Source of the DNA: Octopus vulgaris
Lineage: Eukaryota
Direction of reading: 5' to 3'
DNA: 64,000 bases
NCBI GenBank assembly: GCA_951406725.2
Contig: OX597825.1
Location: forward strand, 39,680,001-39,744,000
Positions 24,747-37,300 of this stretch are shown here, piece after piece; positions within the stretch are counted from its first letter, which is position 1, and each line of letters opens with the position of its first letter. Both the position numbers and the translations under genes were made by a program. The notes below the pieces were generated by a model. That model ran no database searches. It was not told where the DNA came from and saw nothing but the letters and a program-made list of their open reading frames with translations.

Positions 24747-24853
24747 GTTCTTTACTGACGAATCTATCGGCCTATGGAAGACTAGCTTGATTTAATTTAA
24801 TCAGCTTAGTTTACCATTAAACAATAGATGAAACGGTGCATCGTATAAGGAAC
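24747..24853 (+). ncRNA. Type I hammerhead ribozyme (array 1, unit 3)
   Basis: As unit 1. Predicted cut after A24845. Confidence 0.88.
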
Positions 24854-24998
24854 TACAGGGTAAATGTTTTTTTAATTTTCTCCTGGTTTGCGGAATTAAT
24901 GTTGTTTTGCGGTTGAAGCTTTGGCTGTCATTTCTAGTGGGTGAATGGCCTATCATGGCCGTACCTTGATTTTGCTATATATATATATATATATATAC

Positions 24999-25110
<112 letters not shown>

Positions 25111-27281
25111 TTCCTGGTTGTTTCCTTTATTACTTTTGTTGTTTCCCCTCTTTGTATTTTATATTATTTCTTTCTTTAAATTTATAATTTTCTTTCTATA
25201 TTATTGTGTATTTGCACATATCAATCACATTATTAGGCAACGGATTTTTGCTGTGTCACTATGCGTTGTGTGAGTTTAGATGCTTTAGCTCATTGTATTT
25301 TAATTAAATGCATCATAGTATATCCTTTACTTCATTGTATCTCATCCTGTTTACTTTACTTCATTTTATCTTATTCCATATATTTACTCTAGTTATTTTA
25401 TTTTACCACCGTTCACTTTGGTTTTGATGTTCTTTTCTTTTAACTTTCCTGTCTTATTTTTTATTCTTCTATTATTTTAATCATGTTATTCTAGTTAGAT
25501 GTATTTAGGCTTAATTTTATTCTTATTTCTTTGTTATGTACTCTTTTATTTTTATTTAAAAAACCCTAAATATATTCCTCTACTGAAATTTGAAATTCCT
25601 AGGAAAAGTTATTTCCCTTTGATATATACATACTAGCAACACCATGCATCAACAACAATCATGTAGTAATAGTTCACAAGCAATGACTTCGACATCGTTA
25701 ACTTTCACCAAAAGATAACCGCTAGAGGATTTGGTGAAAATCAAATTTCATTACACAATGCCAATGCTTTTCAATCATAGTAACAACCAACAACAGAGAA
25801 AAACTGATAGCTTCAAAAAGAATGACCTAGTGTTCCGTATAAACACAACTGTGATAAGATTACTTATATTCTCCTTCCTTTAACTCTTGGTTTCTTCTTT
25901 CTCTTGGTTATTTTCTCTCTATCTATCTTCCTCTTCTCTCTTTGTCTCCTCTTTTATGTTTTCTTCTGATTGCTCCTCTTTCGTTATTTTTATTAGTTTT
26001 GTTTACCTTTACTTCGACATGTGATTTACTGGGAACTATGACGATAACATTTTTAAAGTCATTCACCTTTTTCACTCGATCTTCCACCGATTGAGTAACA
26101 AAAACCATGAACGCACCTAAAGTACGTATCATAAACAATTTTAAATCTACAATGCACAAATGAAGAAATGTAGAATTTGCATCATTTATGTCTTTGTGAT
26201 CTTTGTGATATTTGTTGCTGTCTACAATTTTATTCCACTTGATTTCTAATTTGGTATATGGATGAAGTTTTGTATACTAATTATGAAATTAAAATTCATT
26301 TATCCTATAAATTCATAATTTAAAAAAAATAGCCTTTAAAACTTGCAACATTTTGGTATACCCAATCAGACGCTAGTATTTTACAAATCATCGTGGCGAA
26401 GAACTCTGTTTCGTTTAGTAAACAAGCCAACGAAGCACTACGTGTTCCATAGCTGAATGTGATGAACACCGATTCCATAGAAACCAAAGATGATGCGCAT
26501 GCACACAAGAAGTGTAACCTCCACGTCTTCTATAATTACTTCTTTTCATAACAGATGGGACACACGCTCAACAAATTGAAAGTATCTGGGTTTCTTTAAA
26601 GCGTGGAAACAAACGCCAGTGTGCGAAACACTGTTCGGTGATTGACTCATATCTTTGTGAATTTATGTGGAGAAGGAGATATAAGAAAGATAATCTATTT
26701 TATAAAATCCTAGTTTTATTGCAAACTTTCGTCCTATCATATTTTAAACTAATGAATGTATGTTGTAAACAATGTTTTGACTGTTATTTCTAGCAAATCC
26801 TGTTGGTTTACTTTAGCTTTTAAATATTTGATTTACTCCCGAATGTTTTGGGGTTTTTCACTGTTTTAGCTGTTAAATTTGCTCGTGTATGCTGTAATGT
26901 TTTGACTGTTTTCTTTTTCTTCAATCCTGTTCATTTCTGCATAACATTTAAATAATTTGCTCGCGAAGGTTTTAATTTTTATCCACTGCTTACGCTAACT
27001 AGTTTAGTGTTTTGACATGACCGTACCTCATCTCCCCTGATGATGAAAGAGGCAGCGAACACACTGATTTATGATTGGTTAAAAATTCTGAAAATTTGTA
27101 CACCTGTAAAATCTTCGCAAAAATTTTCTAGAATAAATCGATAACAAATTCGGATTCAGCGTCAAAAATTACATCTATACGATACATTAAAAAAGAGTTT
27201 TTAAAAGAGTTCTATACGCAGTGAGGAAAACCACTAAGATCCTGTTTTTTACACACAGACAAAGACAACGCATGCGAGCAC

Positions 27282-27360
<79 letters not shown>

Positions 27361-27449
27361 GAACACACACATATATAAGGGCAGGAGTGGCAATGTGTAA
27401 GGGAGGCTGACTCCCAACTAAACGGTTCCAATTGCGTGTCAGATATTGT

Positions 27450-27630
27450 CCTCGTCCCCATCGCTTGACAACCGATTTTGGTGTATATACGGCACATAAC
27501 TTAGCGGTTGGGAAAAAACTGATTGAATAAGTACTAGGCTCACAACGAATAAGTACTGTTGTCGATCTCTTCGACAAAAGGTGGTGCTCCAGCATGGTAG
27601 CAGTGAAATATGACTGAAAGACATAAAAAC
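27450..27630 (+). mobile_element. SINE family B copy
   Basis: CGCTTGACAACCGA...AATAAGTACTAGGCTCACAACGAATAAG...GGTGCTCCAGCATGG. Confidence 0.75.
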
Positions 27631-27639
27631 AAGAAGGCT

Positions 27640-27868
27640 GTTAGCTGGCAGAAACGTTAGGACGCCGGGCGAAAAGCTTAGCGGTACTTCATCTGCTGCT
27701 ACGTTCTGAGTTCAAATTCCACCGAGGTCGACTTTGCCTTTCGTTCTTTCGGAGTCGATTAAACAAGTACCAGTTACGCAATGGGGTCGATATAATCGAC
27801 TTAATCCGTTTGTCTGTCCTCGTTTGTCCCCTCTCTGTGTAGCCCCTTGTGGGCAGTAAAGAAATAAG
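27640..27868 (+). mobile_element. SINE family A, near full length
   Basis: High similarity to the reverse complement of 7048-7277. Confidence 0.85.
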
Positions 27869-27894
27869 AGGTAAAAACAAGAATTATTTATAAA

Positions 27895-28075
27895 CTCTTA
27901 CTCTCTTGGTTGCTTCAGTTATTTGATAGCGCAATGCTGGAGCACCGCCTTTAGTCGAGCAAATCTACCCTGGAGCTTATTCTTTGTAAGGCTAGTACTT
28001 ATTCTATCGATATGTTTGGCCGAACCGCTATGTTACGGGGACGTAAACACACCAGCATCAGTTGTCAAGAGGAAC
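27895..28075 (-). mobile_element. SINE family B copy
   Basis: ATGCTGGAGCACCGCCTTTAGTCGAGC...TAGTACTTATTCTATC...GTTACGGGGACGTAAACACACCAGCATC. Confidence 0.75.
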
Positions 28076-28239
28076 ACAAACGTACATACACATACACACA
28101 TATATATGTAAATATATAGATATATATATATATATGTACCTAGATATATAAATGTATATATATATACATATATATATATATTATATGTAGAAAAATACAA
28201 ACTGGGACAAGAACGTAAAACATTTAGAATACGATACAA

Positions 28240-28288
28240 AAAACACGGACGGGTCATTCGAAGCCTTCGAATGTCCCGTCCGTGTTTT
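28240..28288. repeat. 24-bp-arm foldback palindrome inside a TA-flanked repeat fragment
   Basis: AAAACACGGACGGGTCATTCGAAG-C-CTTCGAATGTCCCGTCCGTGTTTT, one mismatch. Confidence 0.85.
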
Positions 28289-28981
28289 ATGAGAGTGTTA
28301 TACAACACCAGTTTTGCTATAAATAAGAGTAAAAAAAAACTCATAGCCACTATAACGTGTTAGAGTTTTTGTATTTAGTATACAAATGTACGCTTATGTT
28401 TTTCACTGTGTATGTGCATAGGTAAACAATCTTTGTTTCTAGAAACGTTGGTTTTTTTTTTGTAAGTGGATATCATAAAAAAACTTGCATTTCCTTTTCA
28501 TTAAATTTATTTTACTATTAATTAATTTATTGTGGGTTTACATGTTTTTCCTTCTAAATACAGGTATGTTTGAAATTTTAAGTTTTTATTAAGGTTTTCT
28601 TCTATTTCACATAATATGATTTTAAACCAATCATCATTGATTAGAAAGAACGGTTAGTTGCAAGGACCAATGAAAGAGATCAATTTCGAATATGCATCGG
28701 TTAATATAAATTGTATATTTTATACATACTAACTTTTTGTTTCATTTTCAATCTAAACTGCCCAACATAACGAAACTTGAAACTCTGAGTAGCAGAATTT
28801 TCTCTGATATTTTTGTGATATAATAATTTACAGCTTTAATAAACCATATTATTATACCTCCGATGTTTCAGTACTATTTTCCCCACTTTGCTTTACATGT
28901 ATATGCTTACTTTGGTATATGTGTGTGTGTGTGTGTCTATCTGTCTGTCTGTATGTCTGTGTATGTTTGTGTGTGGTGTAT

Positions 28982-29385
28982 ATCATCATCATCATCATCA
29001 TCATCATTTAGCGTCCGTTTTCCATGCTAGCATGGGTTGGACGGTTCAACTGGGGTCTGGGGAGCCCGAAGGCTGCACCAGGCCAGTCAGATCTGGCAGT
29101 GTTTCTACAGCTGGATGCCCTTCCTAACGCCAACCACTCCGAGAGTGTAGTGGGTGATTTTATGTGCCACCGACACAGGTGCCAGACGAGGCTGGCGAAC
29201 GGCCACGCTCGGATGGTGTTTTTATGTGCCACCGACACAGGTGCCAGACGAGGCTGGCAGACGGCCACGCTCGGATGGTGTTTTTATGTGCCACCGACAC
29301 AGGTGCCAGATGAGGCTGGCGGACGGCCACGATCGGATGGTGTTTGTTACGTCCCCAAAGCACGGAGGCCAGTCTATGCGGTACT

Positions 29386-29388
<3 letters not shown>
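28982..29388 (-). mobile_element. Retroposon 3' end with (ATG)n tail and three internal 62-bp tandem repeats
   Basis: (CAT)n at 28982-29007, then GGATGCCCTTCCTAACGCCAACC. TATGTGCCACCGACACAGGTGCCAGA starts at 29161, 29223 and 29285. Confidence 0.75.
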
Positions 29389-29451
<63 letters not shown>

Positions 29452-29499
29452 CATACCCTCAACCTTAGGTTTTAAACAGGTAGAAAAGTATATGTAGTC

Positions 29500-30960
29500 A
29501 ATTCAGTAAACAGGGGAAAATAAATTGAAAAAAAGCAAACGAACAATTGGTTGTAGCACACGCAATGTGTTAATAAGCGCTCAGAGAAGAAAAAGAGTAG
29601 TAGTTTTAAATTTCGGGCATATATTTTCTTTGTATGGAGGAAAAACAGGAAAGTTGTAGACGAAGGAGGAAGGAATCGCTAACAATCACGTGAGGTTACA
29701 TGTTTGAAGTGACCGGAACTGGATGGAACGAAGAGAAAGTGTTTTCGAGAAGTGTGTGAAAATTATCAGTATGAGGTAGCGTGTGAGTGTATGGTAGCGT
29801 GTGTGTGCTGAAGTAACTGCATATATAGGTGTGTGTGCTTGGTAGCCTGTGTGCATTTGGTGGTAAGTGTGTGTGGTGTATGTGTGCGTGTGGTATTAAC
29901 TGTGTGCTTTTATTTGTGTGCGTAGTTTGTTTGAGTAGGATATGTGTGCCTGTGTGCTGAAGTCGATCTGAGATGTCAGCAGCTATAGTGTGAAGTGTGT
30001 GTATGTGTATGTGTATAGCGTATGTGTGTGTGCGGTTGTATGTGATGCATAGACGGAATGGCTATCAATACGTGCATATGTGTGCGTGCGTGTGTTTTTG
30101 CGTGAGAGTTTTGCGCGAGTGTGTGTGTACGTGCGTGAGAAGGAGAGAAAAGTGATATGGAGTGTGTAGCTGTGTTGGCGTAACCGCAGGTGTGGTTCTT
30201 ATGTGTAAAGGCGCATGTGTGTGTGTGGGGGTGGTGGAGTACGTGTGTATGTGTGCGTCTGTACGTTCATGCGCAGATGTGTCCACCTGTTCGCACGCGT
30301 ATGTTTGTCCATGTGTGCGCGCGATGTGTGTGTGGTGATTGGTATAGGAATATACAAAAATGAAAGACAATATACGTAAATAGTTAAAAATAACTATTAT
30401 GGATAATAGTATTAAATAATAATAATAATACAAATAAAAAATGAAAAATAAAAAAAAAAGTCATAAAAAAACAAATATGAATAAATCTGTATGTGAATAA
30501 ACCAGAAACAAAAGGAAAAAAAAAATCAAATTCCGTAATACAAATAGAATCTGAACAGAAATAATTAAAAATTACTATTATAAAATTACAAAAAAAATAA
30601 ACGATTAACAAATATCAAATAAATTTCTAAAAAATGGTGTATGGGGAATTTCACTCAGTGGAGGGGTTTGTGTTTAATCCTAAAGGAGTTTGAGTACATA
30701 GAGCTAAAATGTAACACTGATCTAAGCAGATTCTAGAGTTGGTGGATCCATGTTGTAGGGCAAAGCCGAAGACGATGAGATCTAAATTAGCGTTGCCGGC
30801 TAAGCGAAAACGACAAGCGACCGGGAAGTTCTTACGCAGAAGGCGTTAGGTGAAGAGTTCGGCTAGCTGGCGGCCCCTCTGACCAACGTCAAATTTAATT
30901 GCAAAATTTACACTTGATGCAGTAAATGACGCTTCAAGAGGTGCAGCAGTAGGAGTTCCT
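29500..30960 (-). mobile_element. Decayed Penelope-like 3' part (GIY-YIG remnant + CA-rich 3' region + terminal repeat)
   Basis: Minus strand 30650-30950 gives CTS*SVIYCIKCKFC..FDVGQRGRQLAELF..PVACRF..LGLN. The terminal region 29500-29720 resembles 45840-46055. Confidence 0.7.
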
Positions 30961-31129
30961 AATGTAGAGGGTGTGTTGTTAGGATCTAATGAAGGAGGTG
31001 GATTTCGTGATGAAGGCGTAGCTGTGCGAACGTGGACTGGAGAAAGGGAACGATCCAGGGTGGGTTGGAATGGAGGAACGAGGGAGTACGGACAAGATCG
31101 TGTAGGCTATATATATATATATATATATG

Positions 31130-31680
31130 TACACACACAAACACGACTCATACATGCACCTATCACCATAGCTGCTGGTCTTTCACTACAATAATAAGAC
31201 ACACACAAAGACTACCCTCGCAACACAAACATATGTAAACAGTTAATACCACACACACCACATGCAGACACACACACAGAGTTACCATCATACGCGTACA
31301 TGCTACCACGCACACACACTGCCATTCACACAAGTCGCAATACGTACACGCTCACACACACATACTAACACTCACATGTACCAACCATTCTTTACAGTCT
31401 CCTGTCCAGTTCCACTTTCTCTTTGTCCATCTACTTCCAGTCATTTTGAAAAATATAACTACACGTGAATTGTTAGCTATTTTTACTTCTTTCTTCCTTC
31501 CTTATCTTTTCGACTTTCTTATATTTCTGTTTCCAGAGAAGCTCTATGCTTGGAACGTAAACCATCTACTCTTTCCCAGTCTGAGCGTCTTATTAATACG
31601 TTCCATGTGCTACATCTTCGCGTTGTGGTTTTATTTCTTGTTATCTGTTTCCTCAGTTTTTTAATTAATTATGCATTCTT
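31130..31680 (+). mobile_element. Opposite-orientation copy of the PLE terminal region, with decayed HHR at about 31530-31562
   Basis: GAAGCTCTATGCTTGGAACGTAAACC...CTGAGCGTCTTATTAATACGTT...CTTCGCGTTGTG is homologous to 29530-29640 and 45860-45980 (reverse). Confidence 0.55.
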
Positions 31681-32112
31681 TTATAGTTTTATACTTTTTT
31701 CTGTTTTACTGCGGCTATGCTGGAGCAACGCTTTTTTTCAAAGGAATTGACCAAGGACTTGGAATTTGGTGGACGGAATTAAAAGAAGCCCCTCATATAT
31801 ATATATGTCTGTGCGAGTGTGTGCGTGTGCATCTGTTGGATTTTGTGCATGTATTTTTGCCCCCACCATTGCTTCACAATAAATGTTGGCGTCTTTACGT
31901 CCCAGTAACTTCGCCAAAAAGATCGATAGAATAAGTATTAGGCTTACAAAGAATAAGAGGGTCTTGAGGTTATTTTCTTCGACTACAATCTTTTCAGGTT
32001 GTGCTCCAGCATAGACGCAGTCAAATTACTGAAACAAGTAAAATATAAAACAATAAAACAATACATATGTATGCATAAGTATGCACACACACATACACGC
32101 ACGCACAAACAT

Positions 32113-32151
<39 letters not shown>

Positions 32152-32170
32152 CACAAATATATATATATGC

Positions 32171-32211
<41 letters not shown>

Positions 32212-32219
<8 letters not shown>

Positions 32220-35212
32220 TAAGGGCTCCTAAATAAAGATGCCGAGTGCTGGGAACACAAAAAGGGGATGAATTTATCGAGAGTGAAAATCAAAAACGTT
32301 TACCGATAACTTTAACAACTCGTACCGCGGTTTCTGCTTCTTTCTAGCAAAACACAGAATATGTTTGCTAAGGCTGTCCTCATCAGCGAGTCGCCTGAAT
32401 TTAATCGAGGTCTGCAGCGATGTGGGGCTATATGTTAAACCCGACTGCTAGCAGATCTTAACTTTTCAAATCTCTGCGCAGACGCAAAATTTACACGGGC
32501 ATGCCGGGAAGAATTTTACGAATAAATTCATCATGTAGTATGCGAATATAAGCAAGAAGGGTAGTAATATTATTTACTACCAGGTGCCCAGCACAAAAGA
32601 CGAATTAGTCATAAGACAAAAATGTTATTCATATAGAAAAATATTATTCATGTGGTTATACAATTAAGGGCTCTTAAATAAAGATGCCGAGTGCTGGGAA
32701 CACAAAAAGGGGATGAATTTATCGAGAGTGAAAATCAAAAACGTTTACCGATAACTTTAACAACTCGTACCGCGGTTTCTGCTTCTTTCTAGCAAAACAC
32801 AGAATATGTTTGCTAAGGCTGTCTTCATCAGCGAGTCGCCTGAATTTAATCGAGGTCTGCAGCGATGTGGGGCTATATGTTAAACCCGACTACTAGCAGA
32901 TCTTAACTTTTCAAATCTCTGCGCAGACGCAAAATTTACACGGTCATGCCGGGAAGAATTTTACGAATAAATTCATCATGTAGTATGCGAATATAAGCAA
33001 GAAGGGTACTAATATTATTTACTACCAGGTTCCCGGCATGCCCGTGTAAATTTTGCGTCTGCGCAGAGATTTGAAAAGTTAAGATCTGCTAGCAGTCGGG
33101 TTTAACATATAGCCCCACATCGCTGCAGACCTCGATTAAATTCAGGCGACTCGCTGATGAAGACAGCCTTAGCAAACATATTCTGTGTTTTGCTAGAAAG
33201 AAGCAGAAACCGCGGTACGAGTTGTTAAAGTTATCGCTAAACGTTTTTGATTTTCACTCTCGATAAATTCATCCCCTTTTTGTGTTCCCAGCACTCGGCA
33301 TCTTTATTTAGGAGCCCTTAATTGTATAACCACATAAATAATATTTTTCTATATGAATAACATTTTTGTCTTATGACTAATTCGTCTTTTGTGCTGGGCA
33401 CCTGGTAGTAAATAATATTACTACTCTTCTTGCTTATATTCGCATACTATATGATGAATTTATTCGTAAAATTCTTCCCGGCATGCCCGTGTAAATTTTG
33501 CGTCTGCGCAGAGATTTGAAAAGTTAAGATCTGCTAGCAGTCGGGTTTAACATATAGCCCCACATCGCTGCAGACCTCGATTAAATTCAGGCGACTCGCT
33601 GATGAAGACAGCCTTAGCAAACATATTCTGTGTTTTGCTAGAAAGAAGCAGAAACCGCGGTACGAGTTGTTAAAGTTATCGGTAAACGTTTTTGATTTTC
33701 ACTCTCGATAAATTCATCCCCTTTTTGTGTTCCCAGCACTCGGCATCTTTATTTAGGAGCCCTTAATTGTATAACCACATAAATAATATTTTACTATATG
33801 AATAACATTTTTGTCTTATGACTAATTCGTCTTTTGTGCTGGACACCTGGTAGTAAATAATATTACTACTCTTCTTGCTTATATTCGCATACTACATGAT
33901 GAATTTATTCGTAAAATTCTTCCCGGCATGCCCGTGTAAATTTTGCGTCTGCGCAGAGATTTGAAAAGTTAAGATCTGCTAGCAGTCGGGTTTAACATAT
34001 AGCCCCACATCGCTGCAAACCTCGATTAAATTCAGGCGACTCGCTGATGAAGACAGCCTTAGCAAACATATTCTGTGTTTTGCTAGAAAGAAACAGAAAC
34101 CGCGGTACGAGTTGTTAAAGTTATCGGTAAACGTTTTTGATTTTCACTCTCGATAAATTCATCCCCTTTTTGTGTTCCCAGCACTCGGCATCTTTATTTA
34201 GGAGCCCTTAATTGTATAACCACATGAATAATATTTTTCTATATGAATAACATTTTTGTCTTATGACTAATTCGTCTTTTGTGCTGGACACCTGGTAGTA
34301 AATAATATTACTACTCTTCTTGCTTATATTCGCATACTACATGATGAATTTATTCGTAAAATTCTTCCCGGCATGCCCGTGTAAATTTTGCGTCTGCGCA
34401 GAGATTTGAAAAGTTAAGATCTGCTAGTAGTCGGGTTTAACATATAGCCCCACATCGCTGCAGACCTCGATTAAATTCAGGCGACTCGCTGATGAAGACA
34501 GCCTTAGCAAACATATTCTGTGTTTTGCTAGAAAGAAGCAGAAACCGCGGTACGAGTTGTTAAAGTTATCGCTAAACGTTTTTGATTTTCACTCTCGATA
34601 AATTCATCCCCTTTTTGTGTTCCCAGCACTCGGCATCTTTATTTAGGAGCCCTTAATTGTATAACCACATGAATAATATTTTTCTATATGAATAACATTT
34701 TTGTCTTATGACTAATTCGTCTTTTGTGCTGGGCACCTGGTAGTAAATAATATTACTACCCTTCTTGCTTATATTCGCATACTACATGATGAATTTATTC
34801 GTAAAATTCTTCCCGGCATGCCCGTGTAAATTTTGCGTCTGCGCAGAGATTTGAAAAGTTAAGATCTGCTAGTAGTCGGGTTTAACATATAGCCCCACAT
34901 CGCTGCAGACCTCGATTAAATTCAGGCGACTCGCTGATGAAGACAGCCTTAGCAAACATATTCTGTGTTTTGCTAGAAAGAAGCAGAAACCGCGGTACGA
35001 GTTGTTAAAGTTATCGGTAAACGTTTTTGATTTTCACTCTCGATAAATTCATCCCCTTTTTGTGTTCCCAGCACTCGGCATCTTTATTTAGGAGCCCTTA
35101 ATTGTATAACCACATGAATAATATTTTTCTATATGAATAACATTTTTGTCTTATGACTAATTCGTCTTTTGTGCTGGGCACCTGGTAGTAAATAATATTA
35201 CTACCATTCTTG

Positions 35213-35219
<7 letters not shown>
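32212..35219. repeat. Hammerhead-bearing 445-bp tandem array with divergent inverted arms (retrozyme-like), flanked by (TA)n
   Basis: CTGATGA at 33154, 33599, 34044, 34489 and 34934 (+) and at 32380-86 and 32825-31 (-), all 445 apart. Junction at 33030. Units differ by only a few substitutions. Confidence 0.93.
33145..33226 (+). ncRNA. Type I hammerhead-like ribozyme (array 2; repeated at +445, +890, +1335, +1780 and twice on the minus strand)
   Basis: GGCGACTCG-CTGATGA-...TAGCAAACATA TTC TGTGTTTTGCTA...-GAAA-CCGCGG-TA-CGAGTTGTT. Stem I is 9 bp and stem III is palindromic (ACCGCGGT). The base of stem II is not Watson-Crick paired. Confidence 0.75.
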
Positions 35220-35262
<43 letters not shown>

Positions 35263-35764
35263 ACTATGTGGATAGCTCTAGTGCTAAAAATAGCTCCGTT
35301 AGTATAGCCACAGAAAAGATGTTTCTAAGTAGAAATAACATTACATTTAACTGAAGGAAAGTGAAAAATAACGAAAAAATAGAGTGATCCTGAACAATTG
35401 TTTCATTACTAATGTAATATGTAATTTTACTTACATAGACATATATAAATCATCGGCAGAGGTTTGTCTTAAATACAATTTATTAGACCTTCACGAGCGT
35501 CAAATACACGTGCGGTTTAATCGATTGCATTTGTAGTTATGCTTCAAATTCCACACCAAAAGCATGCTAAGACTCATTGGAAACGAATACTGCATGAAAT
35601 ATTTACTGCAGCATAATTAAACTTATAAATTTATAAATAAGGGTGAAAAAGTTGATATTTTGACTAAATTTTCTATACGCTAGTCCACTGGAAGTATACA
35701 TTTCTAAAATCTTTATTACCCTGATATCATTACATATATACATACATACATACATACATACATG

Positions 35765-35811
<47 letters not shown>

Positions 35812-35888
35812 GTCCTCGCACTGTTGTATTTTCTCTTTGTGTTTTCATGTTTGGATTAACTATATATATGTGTATATATATAACTATA

Positions 35889-35957
<69 letters not shown>

Positions 35958-36017
35958 ATATATACATATATATATATATGTATGTATGTATATATATATA
36001 TATATATACATATATAC

Positions 36018-36052
<35 letters not shown>

Positions 36053-36074
36053 TATATGTATATATATACATATA

Positions 36075-36840
36075 GAGCAACATGTGGCCGGAAAATGTAT
36101 ATAATATTTCCGTTCTCCAAATTACACAGCCCAAGTGAAATTGAGAGGAGAATCAGAGAAAAGAATTGTATTGATAAATTCGAACCCAAGCTAAATAAGC
36201 AATAATAATAATACTTAGATGTACTACTTCCACTGCTACGACCATGACCACTAACAACAACAACAATACTAAAGGTGATCAAGATGAAGATAGCAAGAAA
36301 ATTATCTTATTTAGGGTTAAAAGTTATATTGCCACCACCATCACCACTAGCAACAATAATTAAGGTGCTGACAATGATGATGATGACAATTGAAATATAA
36401 AAATATTAAAATCTCTGACAAAGGATATTTACAACATTTCTAAAAATAACCCAACAATTGCTGCTTCGGCCAGGGTCAAGATACAGGACTCTTGACATGT
36501 CCAACAAAGCGTGATGCCTAAACCAATCAGCTCAACCAACCAATCAGCTTAAGTAACTGAGTGATACTACACACTGATTGGTCAGAATACAGTTTGCAAA
36601 ACCTAGCACTGTGGAGCCTACCCAGCTGTATTTATAGCAGAGAATCAATGATCTTGCTACAGTCAAAATTGTGAAGCATGACTGTCACCACTACTACATG
36701 AACCCGAAGATTGCAGAATTCAATGCATGAAAGTACTAGTTCAATCAGAATGAACATTTAACATTCTACTATTTCATTTTATTTTATTCAATTATAATAT
36801 ATTATCTTATAATATATCATTATAAGATTATAAATAAAAC
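36075..36840 (+). mobile_element. Severely 5'-truncated Penelope-like element between TA tracts
   Basis: [41 protein letters not shown] parallels the C-terminus of the 21225 GIY-YIG ORF, with an HHR motif downstream. Confidence 0.75.
36699..36743 (+). ncRNA. Minimal hammerhead motif with one core change
   Basis: TGAAC-CCGAAGA-TTGCA GAATTCAA TGCAT-GAAA-GTAC-TA-GTTCA. Confidence 0.65.
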
Positions 36841-36927
36841 GTGAAAATCAGACAAGGTTGGAATTCCTTTTATTAATATATTCTTCTATACACAATCACA
36901 TACACCCATATATATATATATATATCT

Positions 36928-37001
<74 letters not shown>

Positions 37002-37013
<12 letters not shown>

Positions 37014-37300
37014 TTAGAGACAAAACCACTATTTTGCAAATCAAACAAGGAAAGACTTAATCAATACATAAAAAAAAATTAATATAAAGTAAATAAATCG
37101 CCACTACAATTGTTTCCTGTCTTCAAATGATATTCATCAGGTGGATTTCGTATCTTCTATTCAATTTTAAAGTTATGAAGTCTTTACGTTTGATTTGCAA
37201 AATAGTGGTTTTGTCTCTAATTAATATTATATAATATTTTACTATAAAATTGGATTCAATCCTAAATCTGATTTTTCCCTGTAAATTTGGATTTATTCCC

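Larger units (their letters stand above)
22935..24976. repeat. Hammerhead-bearing 483-bp tandem array with divergent inverted arms (retrozyme-like), flanked by (TA)n
   Basis: CTGACGA at 23789, 24272 and 24755 (+, spacing 483) and 23250-56 (-). Left arm about 1.1 units, right arm about 3.06 units. Confidence 0.92.

Noticed and set aside
27030-27060. CTGATGATGAAA as a hammerhead
   Set aside because: There is no stem II and no stem III or UH triplet.
29159-29344. 62-bp repeats as a CRISPR-like array
   Set aside because: These are head-to-tail units without spacers inside a retroposon tail.
32212-35219. CRISPR array or centromeric satellite interpretation
   Set aside because: There are no unique spacers or cas genes and the context is eukaryotic. 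Few units, an internal inversion and ribozyme cores argue against a simple satellite.
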